From an uncultured delta proteobacterium (GTDB lineage Bacteria; Myxococcota_A; UBA9160; UBA4427): a stretch of 64,000 nucleotides of DNA. The stretch covers positions 32,001 to 96,000 of the forward strand of contig CAWGJT010000014.1 of the NCBI GenBank assembly GCA_963822965.1. Reading direction: 5' to 3'. Every line of letters starts with the position of its first letter. Position 1 is the first letter of the stretch. The position numbers and the translations under genes were made by a program. Below are positions 39,520 to 50,097 of the stretch, in pieces. The notes beneath the pieces were generated by a model. The model made no database searches and was not told the DNA's origin. It saw only the letters and a program-made list of their open reading frames with translations.

Positions 39520-41612
39520 CGGGGCGATCCTAGCCAGTCGGCTCGGGGGCCCCAACGGGGACGGTCCGCAACGCCAGCCCCGCGTCTTCGTGCCAGCCCC
39601 GCGAGCACGCCGGCTCCGGCGAGCAGCCCCACCACCGTGCCGGGCTCGGGCACCGCCACGGGCTGGTAGCGCACCTCGAGCCGCGGCCCGGCGATGGGGG
39701 AATCCGGTGGCACGAGGTTGATCTTGAAGCTGAGCTCCTCGGGCGCGGCGAACGTGACGTCGTCCACGTCGAACGCCGTGCGCAGGCCCAGCCGGGTGAC
39801 GCCCGCATCGTCGATCCAGGAGAGGCCCGTGGCGTTCAGCACGAGCTCGATATCACCCTGCGGCGCGTACGTATCGCTCACGTCGATGCGCGGGGCGCCT
39901 TCGGGTGGGGCGTCGATCGGCGGGAAGGCGCCGTAGTCCGAGCGATCGCGGACGGCCGGCTCCGGGTCGTCGGTCTGGACCAGCACGAGCTGGTCGGCGG
40001 AGTCTGGATGCGTGTTCTGGTAGGGGGCGCCGAAGGCGTCGTAGCGCAGGCGAAGGACGGCCGAGTCGATGGCGGTCCCGTCCGGGAGGGCGGACGTGTC
40101 GAAGGGCAGGACCATGCGCCACAGGATCGAGCGGTCGGTACCCGAGAAGTTCTGGGCGGCGCCGAGGAAGCCCCGGCTCGCGGTGAGCAGGGTGGCGGTG
40201 GTGAGCTCGCGCGCGTAGGCCCAGGTCGAGGCGTTCCGGTAGAGCCCCATGTCGACGGGCGCCACGCTCAGGAACGATGCGGTGCACAGCCCGCTGGCAT
40301 CGTCGAAGGTATCGCCCGGCGCGCACTGGGCCGGCCCGCAGGCCGAGGTGTCGAAGCCGCAGGCGGACGAGCACGCGAGGGCACCGCTCGTGAAGCCCTG
40401 CGACGCGCAGGTGGCACCGCCCAGATCGGCGCCGTCACAGGCCTCGCCGACGGCGGGGTCGCGCACGCCGTTGCCGCAGTACTGGTCGATCGTGACCTGG
40501 ACCTCGAGCTGGTCTCCCACCATGCCGAGGGTCTGGATGTGGACGCCGTGAAGGGCGTCCGTGAAGGTCTGCCCTGCCTCGAGCAGCACGTCCGCGGAGT
40601 CGGCCACCTGGGCGCCGCCGCCGGGCTTCGCGTCGAGCAGCAGGGAGGCGCCCAGCGCCGCGCTGGTGAACTCGGGGAAGTAGTGGGTGCCCAGGTGGAG
40701 CATGGCGCCGTCGGTCGCGAGCTCCGGGAAGCCCGCGTCGAAGCCCAGGGGCTTGCGGTAGCTCACGTAGTAGTGGTCGGCCTCGCGGTAGTCGTCGATG
40801 GTCCGCTGGACCGGGATCCGCAGCACCTTCGTGCCCGTGCCCACGGTCTCGTAGGGCTCGAGCAGGAAGGTGCCGCCCGCCGGCGGTACGTCGACCGACC
40901 CGGTGCCGAGCCACCCGAGGGCCTGCTTGCAGGGCGGCGTGAAATGCCCGCCCGAGCCGCTGGACCCCATGCGGTCGTAGCGGTCCGTGCCCGTCTGCGT
41001 ACAGCTCGTGCCGATGGTATCGGCGCCGCACTCGTAGTCGGCGGAGTGCTGCAGACCGGCGAAGCTGTGACCCAGCTCGTGGGCGGTGAGTGCGGCGACG
41101 TTGGCGGTCGCCGGGCCGTTCAGGATGATGCGCGAGAGCTGCACGCTGCCTTCGGCGGAGGCGAAGGTCGCCTTGCCCAGGGTGCTGTAGCCCGCGAACC
41201 CGCAGCTCGGGTTGTTGGGAATGACGATGATCCAGCGGTCGACGGTCGAGAAGTCGATCAGCGGGTCGAGCTCGTCCACCAGCCGCTGGGTCCCCGAATC
41301 GGTGCGCACGAGGCAGCTCGCGTCGTCGTAGCTCGCCGACAGCCAGCCCTGCACGCTGCCCGAGAGCCAGGCCAGCCCGTAGGAGACCTCCAGCACGTAG
41401 GAGGCGGCCGACGCGGGGTTGGTCTCGTCCAGGATCTCGGCGTCGATCTCGCCGGTCGTGTAGGGCGCCCTTGGGTCGTTCGCGAAGTTCACGAGGGTGA
41501 CGAGCGTGCGCTGCTCGCCCAGGGTCTGGGCGCTGGCAACCCGGGGAAGCACGAGCAGGCACGAGGCCAGAAGGAGTCGGACGCCGAGGCGGACGGTGTG
41601 GTCGATTCGCAT
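39462..41612 (-). CDS. Secreted metzincin metallopeptidase (M11/M6-like) with Cys-rich repeat and PEP-CTERM
   Basis: AHELGHSFAGLQHS; D.MG Met-turn; LGWL; CGNGVRD...GEACDG.DLGG.TC...GF..G.L.C...C.FDTS.C; VPEPGTVVGLLAGAGVLAGLARRR. Confidence 0.85.
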   Translation of the reverse strand: MRIDHTVRLGVRLLLASCLLVLPRVASAQTLGEQRTLVTLVNFANDPRAPYTTGEIDAEILDETNPASAASYVLEVSYGLAWLSGSVQGWLSASYDDASCLVRTDSGTQRLVDELDPLIDFSTVDRWIIVIPNNPSCGFAGYSTLGKATFASAEGSVQLSRIILNGPATANVAALTAHELGHSFAGLQHSADYECGADTIGTSCTQTGTDRYDRMGSSGSGGHFTPPCKQALGWLGTGSVDVPPAGGTFLLEPYETVGTGTKVLRIPVQRTIDDYREADHYYVSYRKPLGFDAGFPELATDGAMLHLGTHYFPEFTSAALGASLLLDAKPGGGAQVADSADVLLEAGQTFTDALHGVHIQTLGMVGDQLEVQVTIDQYCGNGVRDPAVGEACDGADLGGATCASQGFTSGALACSSACGFDTSACGPAQCAPGDTFDDASGLCTASFLSVAPVDMGLYRNASTWAYARELTTATLLTASRGFLGAAQNFSGTDRSILWRMVLPFDTSALPDGTAIDSAVLRLRYDAFGAPYQNTHPDSADQLVLVQTDDPEPAVRDRSDYGAFPPIDAPPEGAPRIDVSDTYAPQGDIELVLNATGLSWIDDAGVTRLGLRTAFDVDDVTFAAPEELSFKINLVPPDSPIAGPRLEVRYQPVAVPEPGTVVGLLAGAGVLAGLARRRGAGVADRPRWGPRADWLGSPRWPAARRPSSPHGSSKFSS

Positions 41613-41804
41613 GGCCCGCAGGCTACGGGCCGTTCCCGGGCCGGGGTATGAGCCGGATGGCCCATTCGGGGTCCCGCGGGAAGACCCGGCGAGTGGGCGG
41701 GGACGGTCCGGACGGCTCTCTCCCGGTCGACGTCGATCGCAGGCCGAGAAGCACGACGATCGGTGGCCCGCCGGCATGGTAGGTTCGCTGCCGGAGGACC
41801 TTCC

Positions 41805-42476
41805 GTGCTCGAGCTCACCCCCGACCAGCTCCTCACCACGACCCGCAGCGTGCGCAAGCGGCTCGACTTCGACCGCCCGGTCGAACGGCGCGTGGTTTCG
41901 GCGTGTCTGGAGATCGCCCTGCAGGCGCCCAACGGCGGCAACATGAACGGCTGGCGCTGGATCGCCGTCGACGAGCCGGCGCTCGTCGCGAAGATCGCCG
42001 ACGTTTACAACGCCGGCCTCGACGACTACATCGACACCTTCGGTGACGCGGGCTACCCGGGAGCCGGCGTGCCCGGCGCCGATCGCATCGCGTCCTCGAC
42101 CCAGCACCTGCGTGACAACCTCCACCGCTGCCCCGTGGTCGTCGTGCCGCTCCTCGCCGGGCGCACCGACGGCCAGGGGCCGCTGCCCGACATGACGAAC
42201 AGCTTCTACCAGGCGAGCCAGTGGGGCTCGATCCTGCAGGCCGTGTGGAGCTTCATGCTGGCGTTGCGCGCCCGCGGTCTCGGCAGCGCCTGGACGACAG
42301 GTCACCTGTGGCGCGAGCGCGAGATGGCCGAGCTGCTGGGCATCCCCTACGAGATCTACATGCAGGCCGGGCTCTTCCCGGTCGCCTATACGATCGGGAC
42401 GGACTTCAAGCCCGCCCGCCGCAAGCCGCTCGGCGAAGTGCTCTCCTGGAACGGATTCGAAGGAGCCCCCGCGTGA
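41805..42476 (+). CDS. Nitroreductase family protein
   Basis: LLTTTRSVRKRLDFDRPV; ALQAPNGGN; SFMLALRARGLGSAWTT. Confidence 0.93.
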   Translation: MLELTPDQLLTTTRSVRKRLDFDRPVERRVVSACLEIALQAPNGGNMNGWRWIAVDEPALVAKIADVYNAGLDDYIDTFGDAGYPGAGVPGADRIASSTQHLRDNLHRCPVVVVPLLAGRTDGQGPLPDMTNSFYQASQWGSILQAVWSFMLALRARGLGSAWTTGHLWREREMAELLGIPYEIYMQAGLFPVAYTIGTDFKPARRKPLGEVLSWNGFEGAPA

Positions 42477-42489
42477 CCGCCGTCCCCGC

Positions 42490-42610
42490 TCCGCGAAGCG
42501 CCCCTACCTGAACGACTCCCTCTTCCTCGTGAAGCTCGAGGACGGCAGGATCGAGCGCTTCCAGGAATGCTGGGACTCCAGGCCGGCCTTCGACCTGCTG
42601 TTCGGAGGAG
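42490..42610 (+). pseudogene. Remnant of an NTF2/SnoaL-like gene (C-terminal fragment)
   Basis: RPYLNDSLFLVKLEDGRIERFQECWDS resembles the SnoaL C-terminal Y.N.....l..GkI....E.wD motif; no N-terminal part found. Confidence 0.45.
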
Positions 42611-42638
42611 GAAGCCGCTGGCCGAGGGTCTCGCCGGG

Positions 42639-44078
42639 CTACGCGCTCGCCTCCACGGCGCCTTCGGTGTCGAAGCGGGCGTCCGCCTGCCACGGGATCA
42701 CGTCTGCGGTCTCGCACATCCAGTCGAGGAGCCGGCTCCGGAGCGTGGTCACCGTCGCGGTGTGGGCCGGATCGCCGGCGAGGTTCACGCGCTCTTCGGG
42801 ATCGGCCGCGCGGTCGTAGAGCTCGTCGGGCTCGTAGAGCCGATGGCAATAGGTGAACTCCTCGGTGCGGATCGTCAGCACGCGCCCGTTGGTGGTCGGC
42901 TCCTCGTTCTGGATGGCGGCCTTCAGGTCGTACGGGAATCCGGCGCGCTCGAACAGATGCTTCTCGTTCAGCCGGAAGCCGCCCTCGCTGAAGGCGGCGT
43001 TGCGGTGGGGCCCCGACGGGTCGCGCAGCAGGGGGACGAGACTGCGGCCGAAGTGCGAGTAGCCCGCCTCGACGTCCGCCAGCTCGAGCAGGGTCGGCAC
43101 GAGATCGACGAGCTCGACGAAGGCGTCGGCCACGGCGCCCGCGCCGCCGTTCGGCATGGCCACGACGAGGGGGTTGTGGAGCAGGCTCTCGTGCTGCCCC
43201 GCCGGCCACTTCTCGACGAGGCCGAAGTCGCCCAGGTACTCGCCGTGGTCGGTGAAGAAGAGGGTGGTCGTGGTGTCGGCGGTGCCGGCGGCCTCGACCG
43301 CGCGCAGGATCCGTCCCAGCTGATCGTCGACCCGGGAGACCATGCCCGCGTAGGTGGCCCGGATCTCCGCCCAGTCGCCGGGGGAGAGGCGCCCGGTGCC
43401 GTAGCGCAGGGCGATGGCCCGCATGTAGGACGGCTTGTCCGAGAGGTCCGCGGCGATCGGCGGCGGCATGGGCTCGCGCGGGTGCAGCGAGAACCACGGC
43501 TCCTCGACGCCGAACGGCGGGTGGGGAAAGAGGAGGGGGACGTACAGCACGAAGGGCTCAGGGAGCCCCTCCGCCAGCCACTGCTCGGCGGTGCGGATCA
43601 CCGCCTCGTCGAAGTCGAGGGAGACACCGTCTGTCTCGCGCCGGCCGTGGTAGAACGCGCGCGCCATCGGATGCTCGGGTCCGTAGGGCGACGGCCCGTG
43701 GAGCATCTGCGGGCGGACCGCGAACCCGAAGCGGCTGGTGCTCTCGCGGGTGACGCCGTTCGCGAACGTGTCGCCGCGCAGGCCCGCATGGGCGACGTGG
43801 TAGCCGGCCTGCTTCAGGATGCGGAGCACGTTCGGCTCGTCGTGTTGGAGCAGATGTCCGAGGGTGCGGTGACCGCGGACGTGCGGGTACCAGCCCGTCA
43901 GGAACGAGACCCGGCTCGGCGAGCAGACGGAATGCTGACCGTAGGCGCGGGTGAAGCGCGTGCCGCGTGCCGCCAGGGCGTCGAGGTTCGGGGTGAGGGC
44001 GTGCTCGTTCCCGAAGCAGCCGACCGCGTCGAAGCGAAGCTGGTCCGGAATGAAGAGAACGAAGTTCGGGCGTGCCAC
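42639..44078 (-). CDS. Formylglycine-dependent sulfatase
   Basis: RPNFVLFIPDQLR; CSPSRVSFLTG (CxPxR); PHPPF; TDHGEYLGD; ELYD...DP.E..NLA. Confidence 0.93.
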   Translation of the reverse strand: MARPNFVLFIPDQLRFDAVGCFGNEHALTPNLDALAARGTRFTRAYGQHSVCSPSRVSFLTGWYPHVRGHRTLGHLLQHDEPNVLRILKQAGYHVAHAGLRGDTFANGVTRESTSRFGFAVRPQMLHGPSPYGPEHPMARAFYHGRRETDGVSLDFDEAVIRTAEQWLAEGLPEPFVLYVPLLFPHPPFGVEEPWFSLHPREPMPPPIAADLSDKPSYMRAIALRYGTGRLSPGDWAEIRATYAGMVSRVDDQLGRILRAVEAAGTADTTTTLFFTDHGEYLGDFGLVEKWPAGQHESLLHNPLVVAMPNGGAGAVADAFVELVDLVPTLLELADVEAGYSHFGRSLVPLLRDPSGPHRNAAFSEGGFRLNEKHLFERAGFPYDLKAAIQNEEPTTNGRVLTIRTEEFTYCHRLYEPDELYDRAADPEERVNLAGDPAHTATVTTLRSRLLDWMCETADVIPWQADARFDTEGAVEASA

Positions 44079-44218
44079 GATGTCTCCCGCGTGGATGCTC
44101 AGCGAGCGTAGCGGTGGCGCGAGCCATCGCGCCTGCGGCGTCCACGATTCCCGGGAGCCGGTCTCCACGAGCCACCCCGACCCGACTCCGTTCGCCCGAA
44201 CTCGGTTACCCTCCGGTG

Positions 44219-45761
44219 ATGGCTTTCGAGACGGTCACGGGATACTGCTGGCCGCAGTCCGTCGTGGGGGGAGACCGGGTCGGGTTGCACCTGTCTTCGC
44301 CCGGCGGGCGGCCGGTCGCGATCGAGGTCGCCCGGGTGGGGTGGCGTCGGGACGTCGTGCTCCGGGACGGCGCCGTGGCGGCCGACTTCCACGCCACGCC
44401 GAAGGGGGCCGATCGAGCGGGCTGCGCGTGGCCGGTGGCGCGCACGCTCGAGGTCGGACCGAGGCTGGAGGAGCGGCTACTACGAGGTGGTGCTGGAGGT
44501 CGACGTGGACGGAAAGCGCCGCCGCAGCCACGCGTTCTTCGTCGTCCGCCCCGAGACGGGCGCGCCCACCGCACAGATCCTGCTGGCCCTGTCCACGAAC
44601 ACGTGGCACGCCTACAACGACTTCGGCGGCCACAATCTCTACACGGGCGGCACGGCGGTCTCGCTCCAGCGGCCGATGTCGCCGGGCTACCTCTACAAGC
44701 CCCCGGGTGCCGGCCGGCGCGTCACCACCCTGGAGGTGCCCGACCCGCAGATGGCCGCCCACGTGGGCTATCTGCGGCTGAACCACCTGTCGCCGTACGC
44801 CGGCTCTGCCGGCTGGCCCGATTGGGAGCTTCCCTTCCTGCAGTGGGCCGAGCGCGAGGGATACGCGATCGACGTGGTGACGAACGCCGATCTCGAGGAT
44901 CACCCGGGGCTGCTGGCCGGGCCCGGTGCGGGCAGCTACGCGCTCTACCTCTCGGTGGGTCACGACGAGTACTGGTCGGGCCCGATGCGCGACACCGTCG
45001 AGGGCTTCATCGGTCGCGGCGGCCACGCGGCCTTCCTCTCCGGCAACACGGCCTTCTGGCAGGTGCGCCTGGAGGACCCGACGCCCGAGGGCCCGGCCGC
45101 CACGATGGTGGGCTACAAGGGCCACTTCAAGTCCGATCCGGTGTACGGCACCGACCGGGTCGGCGAGCTGACCAGCATGTGGTCCGACCGCCTGATCGGC
45201 CGGCCCGAGAATCGGATGACCGGCGTCAGCTTCGCCCGCGGCGGCTATCACCGCATCGGCAAGCGGGTCACGCGCGGCGCGGGCGGCTACACGATCCACC
45301 GTCCCGACCACTGGCTCTTCGAAGGAACCGGCCTGGGCTACGGCGATCTGCTCGGCGCCGCGGGCACGACGGTGGGCTACGAGTGCGACGGCTGCGACTT
45401 CACGGTTCGCGACGGCCTGCCGCATCCCACCGGCGTCGACGGGACACCGCCGGACTTCATCATCCTGGGAACGGCCCCGGCCGCGCACTTCACGCGGGAG
45501 ACCGCCACCCGGCCCCCGCCCCCCGACGAGCCGTCCGAGGTGGAGTTCATCGCCGCCCGCATGGTCGACGGCGGCCGCACTCCCGAGGACGTCCTGCGCT
45601 TCTCCCACGGACACGCCGTGTTCGGCACCTACACGTCGCCGGCCGGCGGCATCGTGGTCACCTCGGGCAGCACCGACTGGGCCCACGGCCTGGCCGGGCT
45701 CGACCCGCCCGTGGAGCAGATCACCCGCAACCTCCTGGACCGCCTGTCCCGACCCGAGTAG
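44219..45761 (+). CDS. N,N-dimethylformamidase beta-subunit-like protein; frameshift near 44465
   Basis: GYCWPQSV..GD; GYYEV; TNTWHAYNDFGG.NLY; VS.QRP; W.EREGY; SVGHDEYWS; FLSGNT..WQVR; VGYECDG. Confidence 0.85.
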
Positions 45762-45786
45762 CGCGGCCGAGGCGTGCCGGGTCGCT

Positions 45787-46743
45787 CTAGGGCCGGAGAT
45801 GGCGCCGGAGGAAGTCTTCGCTGCGTCGTTCGAACTCGCGCGATACGGGAGCCGCGGGCACGATGCTCTGGAACCCGTGGGGGCCCATCGGAACCAGCTC
45901 GAAGTCGCAGGGAACCCCCGCGGCCTTCAACCGCTCTGCGTAGTCACGATCCTCCTCGCAGAACAGGTCGATGTCCCCGACGCCGATCCAGGCCGGCGGC
46001 AGGCCGGCGAGCTCCGGTCGGCGTGCCGCCACCGCATATTCCGGGGTCGTCGGCGCCCCCGGCGGCTGGTCGAGGTAGGCGGACCATCCGGTGCGGTTCG
46101 CGCGGTTGTTCCAAACACGATGGCCGAGCGGGTCGAGATCGGACCGGGCGGCGGTGCGATCGTCGAGCATCGGGCAGAGCAGCACCTGGGCGGCGGGCTG
46201 CACGCCGCCCAGGTCGTGGATGCGCTGCACGACGGTCGCGGCGAGCCCGCCGCCGGCGCTCTCGCCCGCGACGGCCGTACGGGTCGGGTCGACGCCGAGC
46301 TCGGACGCGGAAGCCTGCAGCCAGCGCCACGCGGCGAGGCAGTCGTCGAGCGCCGCCGGGAACGGGTGCTCGGGTGCCAGTCGGTAGTCGACCGAAACGA
46401 CCACCACGCCGAGATCCTTCGCATACCGGAAGCAGCGAGGATCGTCCTGGCGTGCGGATCCGATCACGAAGCCGCCGCCATGAATCCACAGGACGGCGGC
46501 ACGCGGGGCCGTGCCCTCCGGTCGGTAGACGCGCACGGAGGCAGCGCCCACGCGCCGGTCCTCGACCGTGACGCCGGCTGGTGGCTTCGAGCGCAGGAAG
46601 CGCGTGGCGAAGCGGAGCACCGGGAGCACCCCCGGTCGGTGGAGGGGCAGCGACGGGACGTATCGGATCCTGCCGCGCAGCTCGGGGTGGACGCGATCGA
46701 TGTCCAAGGGATCTCCTTCTGCCAACTCCGGCGATCCGAGCAT
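45787..46743 (-). CDS. Hormone-sensitive-lipase-family esterase
   Basis: HGGGF; DYRLAPEHPFPAALDD; GESAGGG; HGF. Confidence 0.93.
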   Translation of the reverse strand: MLGSPELAEGDPLDIDRVHPELRGRIRYVPSLPLHRPGVLPVLRFATRFLRSKPPAGVTVEDRRVGAASVRVYRPEGTAPRAAVLWIHGGGFVIGSARQDDPRCFRYAKDLGVVVVSVDYRLAPEHPFPAALDDCLAAWRWLQASASELGVDPTRTAVAGESAGGGLAATVVQRIHDLGGVQPAAQVLLCPMLDDRTAARSDLDPLGHRVWNNRANRTGWSAYLDQPPGAPTTPEYAVAARRPELAGLPPAWIGVGDIDLFCEEDRDYAERLKAAGVPCDFELVPMGPHGFQSIVPAAPVSREFERRSEDFLRRHLRP

Positions 46744-46788
46744 CGCACCGATGGGGCGCGAATCGCTCGCGCGCGGCGCCGCCCTTCG

Positions 46789-47679
46789 TCAGGGGAGGTC
46801 GGCCGGCTCGAGCTTCGTGAGCCGGACGCTCTGCCGCCAGAGCCCCTCGGCGAGGGCGGGGTCGGGGTGCTTCAGGGGCCTCTCCCGGCGCACGAGCGAT
46901 CGCCAGTAGCCGCCCGTGGACGTCCCGAGGGCGGGGTCGCTGGCCACCTTGAGGCAGGTGCGCGCCGCCCGGGCGGCGCTCGGAAACAGGTAGCGGATCA
47001 TCGGCTTCGCCAGCGTGTAGAGGACGCCGGGGTTGTTGGCGGCGATGTTCGAGGCGACGGGGCCGGGGTCGACGGCGTTCACGGTGACGCCGGTGCCCTC
47101 GATGCGGCGCGCCAGCTCGAGGGTGAAGAGCAGGATCGCCAGCTTCGATCGCGCGTAGGCCTGGCTGACCGAGTAGTCGCGTTCCAGCTGCAGGTCGTCC
47201 AGGTCGAGCTTCGCGATGCGATAGGTGTCCGACGAGATGTTGACGATGCGGGCGGGCGCGCTCTCCTGGAGGCGGGGCAGCAGCCGCAGGGTGAGCTGGA
47301 ACATCGAGAGGTAGTTGACCGCGAAGGTCTGCTCGAGCCCCTCTTCGTTCACCTGCCGGTGCAGGTTCACGAGCCCGGCGTTGTTGACCAGCACGTGCAG
47401 CGGTCGTCCGCTGTCCAGGTACTCGTCGGCCGCGCGGTCCACCTCGGATCGCTTCGAGAGATCGCACAGCAGGATGTCGGGCGCCTTGCCGCCGGTGATC
47501 CCCGCGATCTCGCGCTGCACGTCGCGGCACTTCTCGGGGTTGCGGCCCAGCACCACCAGCTCGGCGCCGGCCCGGGCCAGGCCCAGGGCGACGGCGCGCC
47601 CGTGTCCGTCCGTGGCGCCGGTCACCAGGCAGGTGCGTCCGCCCATCTCGTGGGCGCCGCTCTTCTTCGGGTCGGTCAT
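46789..47679 (-). CDS. SDR oxidoreductase (retinol dehydrogenase-like)
   Basis: TGATDGHG; LVNNAG; FAVNYL; RIVNISS; YARSKLA. Confidence 0.92.
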   Translation of the reverse strand: MTDPKKSGAHEMGGRTCLVTGATDGHGRAVALGLARAGAELVVLGRNPEKCRDVQREIAGITGGKAPDILLCDLSKRSEVDRAADEYLDSGRPLHVLVNNAGLVNLHRQVNEEGLEQTFAVNYLSMFQLTLRLLPRLQESAPARIVNISSDTYRIAKLDLDDLQLERDYSVSQAYARSKLAILLFTLELARRIEGTGVTVNAVDPGPVASNIAANNPGVLYTLAKPMIRYLFPSAARAARTCLKVASDPALGTSTGGYWRSLVRRERPLKHPDPALAEGLWRQSVRLTKLEPADLP

Positions 47680-48971
47680 CGGTCCTCCCGGGCGATTCCG
47701 TAGTGCTCGCGGTAGGGGGCGAAGTCGCGGTCGAGCGCCTCCCCGGAGAGGCCGAAGTCCTCGGCCCGGTAGCGGTGCGAGCCGCGCTTGTCCTTGGGGT
47801 TCGCGCCGCGCCAGCGGTTCATCGCCGCCGCGGTTCCGGGCTCGAGGGTCAGCCCCAGGAAGTCGTAGATGCGCCGCATCTCCTTCATGGGGTCGGCCAT
47901 CAGGTCCTCGTAGCGGACGTCGACGAAGGCGTCCGCGGGCAGGGTCTCGCGCGCCCGCATGGCGCCGTTCACCCCGGCCAGCTGCTTCTGGTGGATCTGT
48001 CTTCCGATGGCGACCGGATCGACGTCGTCGCTGAAGAGCCTGCGTCCGTGCGCCATCATGCTGCAGAACGACGGCACCACCTTGACCGGATCGCGGTGGG
48101 TCATCACCACCCGCGCGCCCGGGAAGACCTCGAGCAGCGCCGGCAGGTTCTCCAGGTGATGCGGCGTCTTTCCCAGGTAATGATGCGGGACAGGGCCGGC
48201 CGCGGGCCCGGGGCGTTGCCACAGCAACAGCTGCACCAGGCGGCGGAAGTAGCGGTACATGGGGCGCTGGTCGCTGGCGTGCAGCCAGGCGCTGTAGCGG
48301 GGGACGGGCATGGTGGCGTCCACGGTCGGGCTCATGAAGCTGCCGTCCTGGAGCAGCACGTCCTCCTCGTAGCCCGAGGCCTCCACCGGGTGGATGGCGA
48401 AGAACTCCGGCGCCAGGTAGCGCAGCGCACGCTCCGCGATCTCGGCCTGGCGCGCGCGCGGGTCGGGGGCGCCGGGTCGGCGGGGCCCGGGCCGCGGCGC
48501 GGGCTCGAGACCCTCCCAGGAGAGCAGGGGGCGCAGCCGCGGCTCGCAGCCCAGCAGCCGGTGCAGCAGGGTCGTCCCCGTGCGCGCGAGCCCCGCGATG
48601 AAGACCGGCGCCTCGACGGGCAGGGCGGGAATCTCGGGGTGCTCCAGCGAGAGGTGCTCGAGACGCATGCGGGTCACGATTGCCCGCACCAGCGTGCCGC
48701 GGATGACGACGCGGCCGAACGGATGCAGCCGGGCCTCGTTCTCGAGGGCGTCGAGCAGGCGGCGCAGGGCGTCCTGGGTGACGGGCGCGTCGAAGTCGTC
48801 TCCCAGGGCCTCGAGCCCCGACTGCCGCCGCGCCGACGCCACCAGGGAGTCGGCGGTCAACGCCGGCCGCGCGATGCCGGCGCGCTGCAGGGCGCCCCAG
48901 GCCGCGTTCAGCGCGCGCACCGGTGCCCGGTTCGGCGGAACCCGGAAGACCTGGCCCGCGGTAGCGGTCAC
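47676..48971 (-). CDS. Sulfotransferase (Sulfotransfer_3-like)
   Basis: PVFIAGLARTGTTLLHRLL (PAPS loop); KTPHH; THRDP...PS.CS; YEDL..DP; GTGA overlap with the upstream gene. Confidence 0.92.
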   Translation of the reverse strand: MTATAGQVFRVPPNRAPVRALNAAWGALQRAGIARPALTADSLVASARRQSGLEALGDDFDAPVTQDALRRLLDALENEARLHPFGRVVIRGTLVRAIVTRMRLEHLSLEHPEIPALPVEAPVFIAGLARTGTTLLHRLLGCEPRLRPLLSWEGLEPAPRPGPRRPGAPDPRARQAEIAERALRYLAPEFFAIHPVEASGYEEDVLLQDGSFMSPTVDATMPVPRYSAWLHASDQRPMYRYFRRLVQLLLWQRPGPAAGPVPHHYLGKTPHHLENLPALLEVFPGARVVMTHRDPVKVVPSFCSMMAHGRRLFSDDVDPVAIGRQIHQKQLAGVNGAMRARETLPADAFVDVRYEDLMADPMKEMRRIYDFLGLTLEPGTAAAMNRWRGANPKDKRGSHRYRAEDFGLSGEALDRDFAPYREHYGIAREDR

Positions 48972-50072
48972 GACCCCAGGTCCGAGAGCTTCACCACCCG
49001 GGTGCGGGGCTGGGGGTGCACGTCGGCGCGGATCCAGCGGAAGCACATGGTGCCCTGGCGGTGGCCGGCGGTCTCGATCCAGTTCGGATGTTCCGGATCC
49101 GCGTGCGCCACGATGATGCGCACCGACCCGTCGTCCTCGTAGCGGGCGGTGTGCTTGTTGATCGTCACCCGGTGGTAGCGGTAGTCGAGGGACTCCATCC
49201 AGTGGTTGTCGAGCTGGAAGTTCCAGGAGCGACACTCGGGCGGCGTCACCTCGATGACGAGGGCCTCTTCGGGGCCGAGCGCCCAGTAGCTGTGGTAGTA
49301 GCAGATGTTCGGATCGCCCCCGGCGCCCATGGAGACCGAGTCGTCGAACTTCGGAAGCTCGTTGGTGTGCTTCTGGAAGCCGCGGGCCCAGGTGGAGAAG
49401 AGGTTCGAGCAGCCCACGACGAGCCCCGACGCCTGGGCGAGTCCCTTGTCGACGAGCTCGGGGGTGAGGGGCGAGGGCTGCTTCTCGCCCCCGATGCGCT
49501 CGATGCGCAGGTCCGCGGGTGTCTCCGTCTCGCGGTCGAGATAGGTCTGCCGCACGATGAGCTGGGTCGTCTCGGGCTCCATGCGCAGCCAGTTGCCCGG
49601 CTTCTCCTGGCAGGAGAGCACGATCTCGAAGCGGCCGTCGTCGCCGATCTCGAGGTCCTCGGCGTCCACGTGACCGCTCTGGCGCGACTTGCCCGTGCTG
49701 GCCACGCCGGAGGTCTGGGTGGCGAAGTCGAGGTAGTGGATGGTGTTGCGCACCCCCACGATCCGGTACTCGTAGGCGCCGCTGATCTGCGCGTTCTGGT
49801 AGTAGTTGTCCGGGTTGTCGGCGCCGATCTTGGCGGTCTCGTGGATGGGCCGGTGCAGCTCCGGGGCCAGCGGGTCGGCGTACTCGAGGAAGGCCTCGAG
49901 TCCCGCCCGGGTGAGCCGGCTCAGGTAGCGGAAGCCCTCGGCGCGATCGAGCGAGATCCTCGGGCGAGCCTTCGGCGACGATCACCTTGCCCGCGCTCTT
50001 CAGGGCGTCGCAGAAGTCCTCCCACGCCTTTCCGGTCCGGATGCGATCGGCCGAGGGGGTGTCGTCGCTCAT
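48968..50072 (-). CDS. DUF1214-domain protein; frameshift near 49955
   Basis: AW..FCD.LK; AEGFRYL; GADNPDN.Y; DDGRFEIVLS; W.LGPEEALVIE; WNFQL.N.WMESLDY; NWIETAGH..G.M.FRW. Confidence 0.85.
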
Positions 50073-50097
50073 CTTCTCGTTGCCTCCTGGGCTCGGG

